This document shows, piece after piece, positions 27,735-40,319 of a DNA stretch of 64,000 bases. The notes under the pieces are model-generated. The model saw nothing but the letters and a program-made list of their open reading frames with translations. It had not been told where the DNA came from and ran no database searches. The DNA lies in assembly GCA_002269645.1 (NCBI GenBank), contig NIVC01000012.1, positions 124,001 through 188,000 of the forward strand, written 5' to 3'. The position numbers and the translations under genes were made by a program. The DNA is from Macrostomum lignano. Taxonomy: Eukaryota. Position 1 is the stretch's first letter, and every line of letters starts with the position of its first letter.

Positions 27735-30700
27735 ATGGCATCGTGCTCAGACGGAAGAAAGTCTGGAAGGGTATCGAAAGCTCCTGAGCGTTTAATTGAT
27801 AGTGCTGCCTATCATGGAGTTTATCATGGCAAGTATTTACTTTTCTACATTAGAAAAACAAAGACTTACCACAACTTTTCACGTGGAAGCGTTGCTCTTA
27901 GTAACGTCAGCATGTCCACCAGCTTTGCTTTTGTAAGTGATAAAGTATAATGACAAAGTACAATGTTTCATGTTGTTGCCAAAAATATAGCTATAATTGC
28001 ACATTTTAATGTAGGCCTATGGCATTAATGACAAATGTCAATGACATAGGTAATGTTCAACTTAGGTCCTAATGTAACAACAACAACAACAACAACAACA
28101 AAATACGCAAGCCCCAAATATAATGGCTCGCAAATATAATGGCTCGCAAATATAATGGCTCAAATATAATGGTCCTAATGTAAAGCTTTCATTTTTTGTT
28201 GTTTCTACATAGCCTACTCTATTTAACCAAAATAAAAAATTGTAGTTGTAGGTCTACGAGCGTACTCTTGCTATTTTCCTGTTTTCTTACTATTTTTGCC
28301 TACATCCTTTATTAATTACTTTTTTATTCTAGCTAGGCCTAGCTAGACCTCAATCACAAAGAGCTAGCTATCTTGTTAGTAGCTAAGTTTTGTTTTCCTA
28401 TTGATTCCCTAGATGAAGTTCTGTTCACTCATTCTTGGCAGATCTGTTCTTACTTAAATTTCTTAACAGATCTGTGAATTTTGGTTAACATTCTTAACAG
28501 ATCTGTTTTTACTTAAATCTCTTAGCAGATCTGTATCTGCTTTTGTCTTACAAGATCTTACTGCAAATCTTTGCAAGCCATTTTTTATTGTTTGGTACGT
28601 TAAAAACTTTCGTGATTTTTTAGAAAATACTTCTTAGGTAAAGAGAAAACAAAATTTCCAACTGTATATCAGAAAAAAAGACTTTCATATATTTTCACAT
28701 TTCTCTGCTGGATCTTGTCAGATCAGTTCTTGCAGATCTGTACAGACCAGTTATGAAAAGTGTCTGAATTGTTTTTTTTCCACAAAATATTTAACTTAAT
28801 AGTAATTACGTTTGTTTAATGATTTTTATTTATTTTAGTTGTTCTTTTGGCAGCCAACAGTAAATGAATTTGTTTAAATATTATTTCCGCAGTTCTGAAC
28901 ATAGTGCACCCTTATAGTTTGAATTCTCGCCTTTTCGATTTATCCATCTCGGTTCTTTCTTTATGTAATTTTTTATTCCTTAAATCGTTTCACTATCACT
29001 ATTTTTTAGCCATAATAATTTCGTTGATTGAGTATAGCTATGGCTTTAAATGTAGAGCAGATCGCGTCATCAATTTAAAAAAATCGACATAATTGACAGA
29101 CTACAGAATAGAATGTATGCTATAAGACTATATATAGGTTTGTCCCCTACTCCTATAAGTATGAGTAGGCCTATGACTTTATTCTATGCTTTACTAGAAT
29201 CAGAATGCATGTCTAGACCTAGTGATGTTGTCTATTAATAATACATTTTTTCTTAGTGGTCACTGGCCAGAGTAAAAAAATTAGTTATAAAGATAAGTCT
29301 TTTTGTAGTCTTTTGCATTTCATTATATGATAGGCCTATTTATATACATACCTAGTTCTAGTGACCTAGTTAGTATGGGTCTGATTAAATCTTAATCAAA
29401 TAGGCCTAGGTACTCTGTTTTTTGTTTGTTTTATATAGGCTTCGCTTATCTAGATCTATAAATAGGTAGGCCTATAGGCAATGCCCATCATATCTCATAT
29501 ATGTAAAACTTGGTTTTAATCCCATTCAAACACCTCCTTAAACACTTAAAACACTTAGGTTAAGAGCATAATGCCTATTTTAGTGAATAATGTCATAACT
29601 AGACAAACTAGGCATTTTAATTTTAAAAAAAATAGGCCTTACTCTACTAAAAATTATAATTTCAAACCAAATAATATATAATAATATAATCTTATACTTC
29701 AAACCAAAATACTCTTGCATAGGGCCTACAAACTTCTCTGATTAAACTATTAGTTATTCAAAGTTTTTTGTAGGGCTATATTTATAATTCTTAATTATTA
29801 AATTACGTTAAGAACTATACTTTCCACCTTTATTCATTCATTTCAGTGACAAAACAGCTTATAATGGCCAATTATGAAAAAAGGCGGCGTGTAGAAGCAA
29901 CTCATAAATTTGATGTAGAAAAACTACAAAATACATATGTGCTTTTGTGGTATAACAAGACCAAAACATACAGTGAAATATACCCAATTAGCCATTCTCT
30001 ATTTTCAAAAGTAAGTTAATTTTTTATTCTAGCCTAGTCTTGGGTAGGCTTGTATAATAGCTTTGTCAATTTGTTTCATATAAAAACCTAAGAATTAGAA
30101 TTAAAATTTGAATTATAAAACTAGGGGGCTATGTCTTTTATATCTATTTATAGTTAACTAACTGAGCCTTTAGTTGCTATTTATTCTGCTAATACTAGGC
30201 CAGTTGTTATTATAACTGTTTATATATATAATTTAACATTTATTCTTTAGTTCTCTGTAGCTGAGAAGATTAAATGGACAAAGGTAAGATATAATTGTTT
30301 TTTTATCGTTTTTGTAGGTCTATTTTAGTTTTTAATAATAATGCAAAATATAGAAAGCTTGTGTACATAGCAGCAGCTGTCCACCTAGTGTTTTAATTAT
30401 ATACATGGACATGGTAAGCCGATAGTTGGCTGCAATATAGGCCTAACCCACATATTGCTATTAACTAAACCTAATTAAAATTTGTTACAATATAGTTTTA
30501 TAATGTTTTATCCTACATACACACCATGTATGTCCAATGAAATAACAATTCATTGCTATTTTTATTAATTTGAAAATTAATTCAAATAGCATACAGTTTA
30601 TTATATATAAGATTAAATAAGATTAAACAATTAAAACACTAGATAGATGGCTATTTCTATTATGCATGCAAGCTTTTTGTAGAAAATAAGTTTTCTATAG

Positions 30701-33700
30701 CTTTTCCTTATAAAAGTTTTAAACTGCAGATGGCATCAGATGCACTTGGAAATGGCTAAAAATAATCTAATTTCTATGACATGTAAGATACATGTTTTTT
30801 GTTTTGCATAAGCAGTAAATCAAAAGTAAAAAAGGAGTGTTGGTTATACTAAACTTTGTTTTTCTAAATTTTGATTTCAGAAAATTTCAATTTCAAAAAA
30901 GTTAGCAAATTTTGACTTTGATAGAAAGTGCTATTTTGGAACATCTCAAATAATGCTAAAGCATGGTGAAATAATTTGACTCTATTTTAAAGCATGCATC
31001 TGCAGGTTTTTAACATTTATTCCAATAGGATAGCTTTTAAGTTCTAGCTTATTTAGTTTATTTATAATTATTTTTATAGGGTTCATCTTTTTGTATCAAG
31101 TCGGAAGGAGAACGTGTTCTATGTACTATCTTAAAAAAAGGCAGCATGATCCAGGTATCAAAATTTGCTTTATACTTGGAAGACTCTATTAATAAGTTTG
31201 AAGGCTTTGATACTGAGCATGCCCTTGATTTGACTACTGGTAAGTTTTTAATCAAGTATAATCTATGAACTATAGGATTGCTAATATCAAATAGTATTAT
31301 TATATATTTTAAGTTTTTTCTGTATTAAATACTTTGTAGACTGTGAAATTGACTCTGATTCTTCTGAGTCTGATACAAGCTCCAATTGTGGCCCTACCAA
31401 ATCTGGGCATAGTGCATTAGCTTGCCTTAGCAATACTGAAGACTCTGCCAGTAAGATAAATTCTGCTATTATTTATTTCATTTGCTTATTGCTTTATTGC
31501 TCCTTATACTTTAATACTCAAAGCTTTAGTATTTTCTTGCAATGTGTTGTCTTCTACATACAAAGTGCATTCAGAGTGAAATGGTACTTTAATCAGGCCA
31601 TTTTTTACCTACTTTATTCATAGAAAGCCATCGTCATGCCAATGAACAAAGGAAGCTAGCAGCTTTTGCAGCAGCCACAGCAAACATTTCTGAGTCTGTT
31701 GAAAATGTTGGTGAGGCAGATTATCATATTGTTGAGCTGCAAACACCAACTGAACTGCATTCTATGTCATTGGCATCAGCAACTGTGCCACTGCTGCAGA
31801 CGCCTACGCAGGCCCATTCTCCTATGCTGTCAGCATCTGCAACTGCAGTCCCATCACTGCAGACGCCTACGCAGGCCCATTCTCCTATGCTTTCAGCATC
31901 TGCAACTGCAGTCCCATCACTGCAGACGCCTACGCAGGCCCATTCTCCTATGCTGTCAGCATCTGCAACTACAGTCCCATCACTGCAGACGCCTACGCAG
32001 GCCCATTCTACACATGCCCAGCCATTGACATCAGCCCAGGGGGAAAGTATTATCCGTCTGCTGCAGCAAGTTAAGAGCGTCCTGGTTGATGTGCGGGAAA
32101 ATACGCGTCCTGCTGTTGTGAACGAGGACATGGTAAAGCTGTTTTTTGCTGATTGCTTGTAGTTCAGTAAACTGCATAAAATGTTTCGCCCATTTAGGAT
32201 TGCATAGCTATGCAATTTAGTTATATAAGTGATTAGTTATAATCTAAGATTCAAATTATTCTAATCAGTATACTGTAGCCTTCATGGATGTTTTATTATC
32301 TTAATTTTTCATGCTAAACCGTATTGATATGCTCATTTTAAACCAGCTGCTAGATGTAATATACTGTTTAAGATTTGGATCTATGATCAAACCCTCCATT
32401 TAAATTTTTAAGCTCCTCGTCGATTATCTCGGCCGAGAATTTAGCATTCTGGAGCTATGCTCCTCATCACCAACGCAGTTTGCGCTCCATCTGGTGGATC
32501 GGCTCATGGGACCCAACTTTATCGCAAAGCACAGATTTGAACAATGTCCGGTTCCTGAGGACTTTCAAATGGCTCCTGTCGAACTGATTAGGGCCTAATC
32601 AAGTGAAAGGTAAGTACCATTTGTTTGTTTTATAATGGTATATATGTGTATGCTAGGAACGCTTTTCCAAGTAAAATTTTACAGTTATTACTTTTAGTGA
32701 AATGTTACGTCGAAAAAATATATCACATGCATAAATCCTTTCCTAAACCACACCAGATGCTTTGCGCCATCGATTCGGCACATCGTCCCACTGGGCCCAG
32801 GCGCGTCTGTCGCTGAATCAAGCATCCCGCGACCGAGCTCGAAAAAAAGCAGCGCAAAAATAGTACTTAGGGCAAGAGCGTCGTTTGCTATTAACAATTC
32901 GACAGTTTATGTTAACTTGCGTTAAAAGCGAAGGAACATAGTTTTTGCAGCTAAGTTATAATTTGAATTAAAATGATTAGTCTTGGTTCATGTCGCAGGT
33001 TTCTTTGGATTAAAATGAACGCCTTTTTGACTTCATTTATTTATTTGAAAATGTTTGTGAGATAGATTATCATATTATTGAGACAGATTATAAGAATATT
33101 TTAAATCCAGACCAATTTGATGAAAAATTGAAATGTCCACATTATCAACATTATCAAGTAAAAGACCGATTGAGAATGAGATGTCACCTTTCTGGGTTTA
33201 AGAAAACGTTTTTTTTCAACTACTTTTTATTTAACTTCAGCTTTTTCCGTTAAGTATCAAGCTTTTAACAAACAAGAAATTCTTAAAAGTACCGTAATGT
33301 ACTCAATGTACTCATTGACCTATAGTTATATCAATCTCATTGATATAACTATAGGTCATTTGGCGATTAAAATCATTAAGCGATTTACACTTTAATATTT
33401 CAGATGTCACAACGTTACAAGCGCGTTTGCCTTCGTCCGTCAACAAACTACACGTGGGAATCGGAAGAAAGCGATTCAAACAGCCACGTCGATGCAATGC
33501 CGTTCGACCAGTCCGCAACCCGCGTTGTCGAGGGCGACCAGTCCGAAGCCCGCTTTGTCGAGGGCGACCAGTCCGCAGCCCGCGTTGTCGAGGGCGACCA
33601 GTCCGAAGCCCGCTTTGTCGAGGGCGACCAGTCCGCAGCCCGCGTTGTCGAGGGCGACCAGTCCGAAGCCCGCTTTGTCGAGGGCGACCAGACCGCAGCC

Positions 33701-36700
33701 CGCGTTGTCGAGGGCGACCAGTCCGCAGCCCGCGTTGACGATGGCGACCCCGATTCGTTTTTTGATGGCGATGGTGACCAAGTTGCAAAGCTGGTGACTT
33801 TTTTCAAGAATGATTCTATAAAGCGTAACATACGTCTCTTATTAGCTGCTTCATTTATTCTACTACAAATTTCCTGCTGCATGACTAGAGTAGGTCTTGA
33901 GAAGATGCTCAGGTTGGCTCGCTTTTTCGGGGCTAATATACCGGTCTGTTCGATGTCAATGAAAGATGTAATCTATTCTGAGCTGGAAGACACTAGAGCT
34001 TGGATTAACTGCATTCAAGTTTGTCAGGTGTGTTCGCTTTCTCGCGAGAATTGCGCTTGTTCGAGTCAAGGTTTTGGTGACTTCTACGCCATCAACATAA
34101 AAAAACAAGTAACCCTTATCGTTAAGGCTTTCCACTCTGACATCGAACAGCACTATCGGGCAATGAAAGCTGGTTTCCAATATGTTCTAACATCATGCGT
34201 TGATCAATTAAAATCGCCGTATGATATCCATCTACTTTTAAATGCAGATAGTGTCTGTTTTTACAACACTAAAAGTGACTCTATGTGGCCTATACAGGCA
34301 ACAATTCTTAACTTGAGCCCTAAACTTCGGCAGTCCAAGAGATGCACAATTTTGCTAGGACTTTGGAGCAGCAAATGCAAGCCAAAGCTTGACGGGATTT
34401 TCGACTGTATTTTGCAACAAGTTCCTACATCATGGAGTGTGGTATTGAACTCGAAAATTAAAAAGACGGTAGACTTGAACCTCTCGATCTCCCATGTTGT
34501 TTGTGATCTTCCAGCTTTGGCTATCGTTATCAAGTTAAATGCTCATAATGGATTCTTTGCTTGCCCAATGTGTGAGGACCCAGGCCAAAGCTTAAGAACT
34601 GAAAACGGCGGAACAGTAATGTGCTACGGTATTGTGGATTCTTTCGCACCTCGAACAGCTGAAAAGTTTCGACAATGTGCGCGGCTTGCACAGCAAGCGA
34701 GAAGAGATACTGTTTTTGGCATCAAGTCTGTTTCGCGGTTGTCTGCTCTCGTTGAGTTTCCGACAAATATTTTGCTAGATACAATGCATATGCTTTTTGA
34801 AGGAATTGTCAAGAAATTACTTCAGTATGCTGTTAAAAATTTACTCGGTCGGCATCTTCTAGAGTCAATAAACTGTCGTTTGCAGAAGCAGCAAGTTCCA
34901 CATGATATGCCTCGTTTCAAGACATTGGATTTAAATTTAGCAGCGTGGAGGGCACACGATTTCAAGAATTTTTCTCTATATCTTATAGCTCATCTCTTAG
35001 TACCTTCGTTGCGTGACAACTCATCAAAAAAACTTTTTATGTCATTGGTGGCAATGCTACACTCGTTCTACTCTACAAACATTAATGAAGCAAGTGCAAG
35101 AACGCGTTCTTTTTTGCATCACCTCGATAAATGCTGTCCTAAACGATTCCAGACGCTGAATGTTCATTTACTGCTTCATATCCCAACACAGATGCAGAGA
35201 TTTGGAAGCGTCGATAAGACGTCCCTCTTTTCATTCGAATCTAGGATGAACATGTTAAAAGGTTTTATCCAGGGTACCCGTTTTCATGCGCAGCAAATAG
35301 TTCAGAAATTTTGCCTTCAGCAAGTTTTGCAAGCATATCTGCACGATCAAAATATTCCTCAGCTGCTAGACATCCTTAATTGCAACAAAACCGACTCTAA
35401 AAGCAAAGCCGCTTTCTCAAATGGCGTACAGGTATTCCACTGATATGACCGTTCTCGCAGAGGTCAAGGTGTCAGCTTTATTGTTCGGTATTCTGAGCTT
35501 TCTATTGGAATTATTAAAAGTGTCGATCACCAGAAGCAGCTCATTAAGATTTCTCCAATTGAGGTAGTTCAACGAGCACATCTTTTTTATTCTTCACAAC
35601 AACTCTTTGATGATAGCATTAATAGGCAGGATGACCATGTCTTTATTAGCATTTTAGAGGCTCAAGGCTTTCAAAAATGTATTGTTGTTCCTGGCCCAAG
35701 CGACTTATGTTTCGTTCCTGTTTTACACTCCTATGAGCACGATTGAGCATAGTACTGAAATTGATTCTTTTTAGGACTGAAGAAGTAGTGCGAATAATTA
35801 AATTACAAATGTGAATCGTCATCGTCAGTGTTTTTTCATATTTTTTGCACAATTTGGCTTTTATTTGGTGCACGCTGTATTATTTGGTTTTTTTACATGA
35901 CCGTACGAGTCTCGAAGCTCTATAGTTTTTAATTAGTTCCTTTGTTGTATTGTCTGTTTGTATTTTGCTGTATTCATTAAGAAATTAAATACGCAGGGTG
36001 TCGATTTGGAAGCGACTCGTGTAAGATATTTTCTGCCTTTTCCTGAAATATATCTAAGACAAGAAAGCTGTGCTAACAAGTTTTTCTTATTTTCTATTTC
36101 TTATGTATAAGAGCGAACCTTAAGTTAATTTCTGCAACTAAAAGCGTCCATGTGTACTGTAAATATTTGCTCTACATTGCTTTTTCTCAGTGAACATACT
36201 AAGATCATTTTGCGTTACGCAATTTTACTCGTATTTTGCTAAGATTTTGGACACATTCGTTGTCACTCGCTGTCAGCCAAATGTAATATATTGCATGAAT
36301 TATTTTTTACCACTTGAACTCGTGTAACCGTAAAGTACATAAAATCACAATATATTATTATTAAATTACAGCTTGATCTGAACCTATATGAAAATGTAAG
36401 TGTATGATTACAAAAGAATAAAGCTTGACAATTTATACTCAGCTTTACTTATTTTTATCAAATTTCCTGGAGCAGAATTCAACTACGAACAGATCTGGTA
36501 CGATGCAAATGGACAGATCTGTCAAGATACTGCAAGGAAAGTATGGTCTATCAAATAATATCCGCACACCAGATTTTCAAAGAACGTATCAGATCATGTA
36601 AGATCTTGTAAGATCTTGTCTTTAAGATCTTACAAGATCTTCCTGCAGATCTTGTAAGTTATGCATATATATTTGAATAGTGCAGATCTGTTACGTTCTT

Positions 36701-39439
36701 GCAAGAACGTAGCGAGAAGCTCCAGACAGATCTGCTAAGAAATCGCATGGCGATTTCATCTAGGGTTGTGCATGCCTATATTATAAACTTGCTAGTTGTG
36801 TTACATCTTTTGTTTCAGGTAATATATCTAGGCCTAACCTGCCTTATAAACCTTATTGTAGCTATAGCTTATTAAGTCACTATGGATTAGCTAATATGTT
36901 ATGATAGCTATGTACATGCTTAAAATCTTGTTGTATAATTAATTGCTGGCTATGTAACTAAATTATAATCTTTACAAACGATTGTTTATCCTCAAGTAGG
37001 GCCTAGCTACCAATGATAATTTTATAGATTTGTTTTAGCTTTAGGTCTTGTCTATTCAGTGCTTATTCAACTGGCGATAATAAAACTGTTGAGAATAGAA
37101 CCCACTAGTTTTACAAATAATTAAACATTAAAAAAATAATTTAATTACATTAATTTCTAATTCTAAAAACATAAAGGTCAAAGTGAGCAAGAAATAAATA
37201 TTGAATAAAACTAATATTATTATTAAGTTTTGTTATACTGCACCAAAATTTATACCAGACTAATGAGGCAACTGCTGATTGAATAAGCACTACCTTAGGT
37301 CAAAGACAAAAGTTACCACAACTGTAAATATAAGGATAACAAAGAAAAATACTATAATTCTATTGTTCTCTTTATTTTTTGCTAATCTCATTCTTTGACT
37401 TTGTGTTTGATACAAAATGGTGATAAATAAAATATTTGTTTTTCAGAGTTGCTTAGCTATATTAAGAGTTAAGACTAAATACTACGCTTGGTTTACAATA
37501 AGAGCATTGTTGGATATCAAGTCTTATTATTAGCTATGTGCTTGACTATTGCTGTATATGGTCAATATGTTCTATAAAGTTATTTATATATTAGCTAGAC
37601 TAGTATTATCTCTATCTAATGATACTATGTATAGCTATTATAAATTATTTAGATACTGAAGAAGTATCTGACAATTTTTGTCAATTATTGACAATGAAGT
37701 TATCAAACAACAACTTACCTAATTTTTCTGATTAATAATACTCATTCCTTTATTTACACTTCAGTTGTAATTTTACTCAAATTTCATGACAAATTAGACA
37801 TATGCTTTCTGAAAACAAAATTAAGATAAATAGTCATACAGAGAATATTTTCCATAGGTTATGACATTTCATTTGAAGTCTGAGACTTGTCCTATTATAT
37901 ATATCAATCTATAATGAATACTTATGCTTTGCTTTTGGTGTTTATTATAAATTCTGTTATTATTTATTTATTTAAATCTTAAGCAATATAGTACTTGTAG
38001 TTTAGTATTTAATCTTTGTCTCTGTCAAAAGTTTGTAAAATTCTAATTGCAATTGTTCAAGATGAGTTATATTGAAGATTTGTTTATTTTGTAACCAGTA
38101 TTCAACATTCTGTTAATTGTAACTTTTTTCTTTTTAGGGCCAGGACTACCCACTTGTTCTTCAAGATGGCGTCTTTGCTGGAATGTTCATCGCTGCAGAG
38201 TCTTGGCCGAAAATAATTTCCATTGAGAAAGAGCTCGAGGCATACATCTCAGAGCATAAAGAGAATGCATCTCTGTCTGACTCAGTTGAAATGCACATGC
38301 AAAAGTTTGTGAGAACATCTCAAGTGGACTCATGGAGTGATAGTAATGAGGAGGTAGATGCTGATGATGAGGATGGTGATGGCACTTATGAGCCAGATGT
38401 TGAAGTTCGATTTTCACCATTGGGCAGCAACAATGCTGCTGCAGGAATTTCTACTCCTGCCACTGCCACTGCCAGTGCTAAAAGGAAGAGTCATCAGTCA
38501 CCAAGCAGTGCTAGATTACTGTGTGCTAATGCTAGTCAGCACAGTGTATCACTCACTGACCCACAGCAAGAGGAGCAGAAGAGGCAAGAATCTGCAATTA
38601 TTGCTGAACAAAGGCGCGGACTACCTTCTGAGCTACTTAGTTCATGTACTGCACGAACCCAGGCTTGCTGGGTCGGCAGAAGGCAGCATTCTAAGTCGCG
38701 AAGAATTTCTTCGAGAAGTTGGTAATTTTTAAACAATGTATCATGTCACACTTTTGCTTGTTAGTTGTCACCAATAGACATAAATTTATTTATTTGTTTT
38801 TAAATTCCTATATAGATGGCCTGAAGCGCTTCATCGCGCATAAGCTGAAAAAGAACCGAACTGGCGCCAGTACAACTTTACACTTGCCAACAGCAGCTGA
38901 ATTCATGAATGAGGTAAGCATCCTTTCTCCCAATGCAACATAGTAGACAAGAATCAGGAAGACTTGCACATGATTGGAATTTGATTTAAAGATGATAAAT
39001 TTTATCAATATTAATATTTTCATTTTTAATGTATTTCTAGGAGTTTGCTGGCAGCGATGGCAAAGTGCACACTCTGCTCGATTTTCCGCGTACGACCACA
39101 TCCAAGTACATTCGAGCTTATGCCTGTGCTCGGTATGGCCAGGAATATGTCCAGTCTCACATTTTCGGAGAATATTCTGGTGCTTCCAAAAGGCAGATGG
39201 CAACCAAGGAAGTTATTGATGAACTAAGAAGTAAGCATGATCTAATTGTTATTTAAAATCTGAAAATTAAAAGTGGAAGACTTACTGTCTGTTATATTAT
39301 TTTTTCATTAACAGGAGTGCTCTTCAAGGTTTTCCGAGTCTCGAGAGACCAAGCCACTGCAGCTTGGACATCGGTAAAGGATTCTCTCAACCGTATGGGA
39401 CCAGAGGAAGCACATCGCAAGCGCAAGGCTGATTCATAA
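27735..39439 (+). CDS. Spliced accessory gene of element 2 with BEN-like C-terminus; candidate first exon ~27735, further exons ~38138-38721, 38817-38913, 39041-39230 and 39315-39439
   Basis: The last three exons join in frame through canonical GT/AG sites: ...EFMNE|EFAGSDG...TTTSKYIRAYACARYGQEYVQSHIFG...VIDELR|RVLFKVF...AWTSVKDSLNRMG...RKRKADS*. One frameshift lies near 38610. The link to the 27735 exon is inferred. Confidence 0.65.
29864..32870 (+). CDS. Spliced accessory gene of element 3 with BEN-like C-terminus; exons 29864-30010, 30251-30283, 31080-31239, 31340-31450, 31624-32132, ~32413-32609 and ~32760-32870
   Basis: Exon phases chain through GT/AG sites: MANYEKRR...YVLLWYNKTKTYSEI...|FSVAEKIKWTK|GSSFCIK...|...|LLVDYLGREF...SPTQFALHLVDRLMGPNFIAKHRF...|DALRHRFGTSSHWAQARLSLNQASRDRARKK*. 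One frameshift lies near 32585. Confidence 0.7.
31775..32010 (+). repeat. Coding 63-bp repeat (SASATAVPSLQTPTQAHSPML, ~4 copies) in the element 3 accessory gene
   Basis: In-frame tandem repeat visible in ORF 31764-32162. Confidence 0.9.
33404..35746 (+). CDS. EnSpm-type transposase of element 3, with in-frame TGA at 35441-35443
   Basis: Motifs LLNADS, MWPI, NLSP, CDLPA, HNGFFACPMC, LDTMHMLFEG, WRAH, TLNVHLLLH and SLFSFES. The same frame continues past the TGA (YDRSRRGQG...VLHSYEHD*), ending in EHD like the element 2 transposase. Confidence 0.92.
33505..33750 (+). repeat. Coding 30-bp repeat (EGDQSAARVV / EGDQSEARFV alternating) in the transposase N-terminus
   Basis: About 7 in-frame copies with 60-bp higher-order periodicity. 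Confidence 0.92.
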
Positions 39440-40319
39440 GTGGCTATGTGCACTATGTGCATACATGAGTGCTAACATGACTATTATTTCTACTTTTTTA
39501 TTTGGCATTGCTTATTTGACTAGCACTATTAAAACTGTCAAAAATAGTATCAGCTACTGCTACGAAAAAAAAACAATTTATTTCTCTACGAAAAGAGACA
39601 TCAAATTAATTCTATTCCTAAATCTAAAAATGCACAGCGAGCAAAAAATAAAATAAAAATCAATTCTATTCCTAAATCTAAAAATGCACAGCGAGAAAAA
39701 ATAAAATAAAAAGAGAACAAAAATCTTACACTTTTAATGTACCCACATTTACATTTCAATAGTGCAGCAAATAAGTAACTGCCTTCACTGTTTGTGCCTG
39801 TAAAGGTGTCTATAAAATGATTGCTGGCATATCAGTAAGAATTGTGAATTCTGTTTTTTTGAAATTAAATGGGACAGTGCACAACTTTTGGATAAGACTG
39901 CTTCTTCAAGACTTTTTCATTTTATACTCTATTTGCAAGGGATCAATATTAAGTGTTAAGGTTCAATCTGAGCTTTCTGAATCTTAGAGATATAACATGT
40001 TTGTATATGGTATTACAAATTGGTATACATTGTATAGTAAATGGATAATATTTTTCAATCACACAATTATCATTTAGGTCAGACTCTAATCTCATATTTT
40101 CTTGCCTCAGTCAAATCTCCTTGCCCCCGTTTTGCCAAAACTTGATATTTTCCATCCTTAGATCTTTCTAAATGTGTTATAGTGATTATTTCTTATCAAT
40201 TATCTCTTCTCACAGCAGCGCAGATAATTTTACATCTTAGTTCGTTACCGTATGTCGACTAATGTTCACTATTATATAGCAAACATGACACTTACAGCGT
40301 TCACTTCTCGATCAAGAGC

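Larger units (their letters stand above)
28407..36765 (+). mobile_element. CACTA/EnSpm transposon, element 3 (8.36 kb), nested in element 2
   Basis: TIR CCCTAGATGAA / TTCATCTAGGG; TSD TT (28405-28406 and 36766-36767); many (C)AGATCT(G) subterminal motifs at 28440-28745 and 36490-36735. Confidence 0.92.

Noticed and set aside
35441-35443. TGA recoded as an amino acid (alternative genetic code)
   Set aside because: Other genes in the window end normally at TGA; a single nonsense change or base error is simpler.
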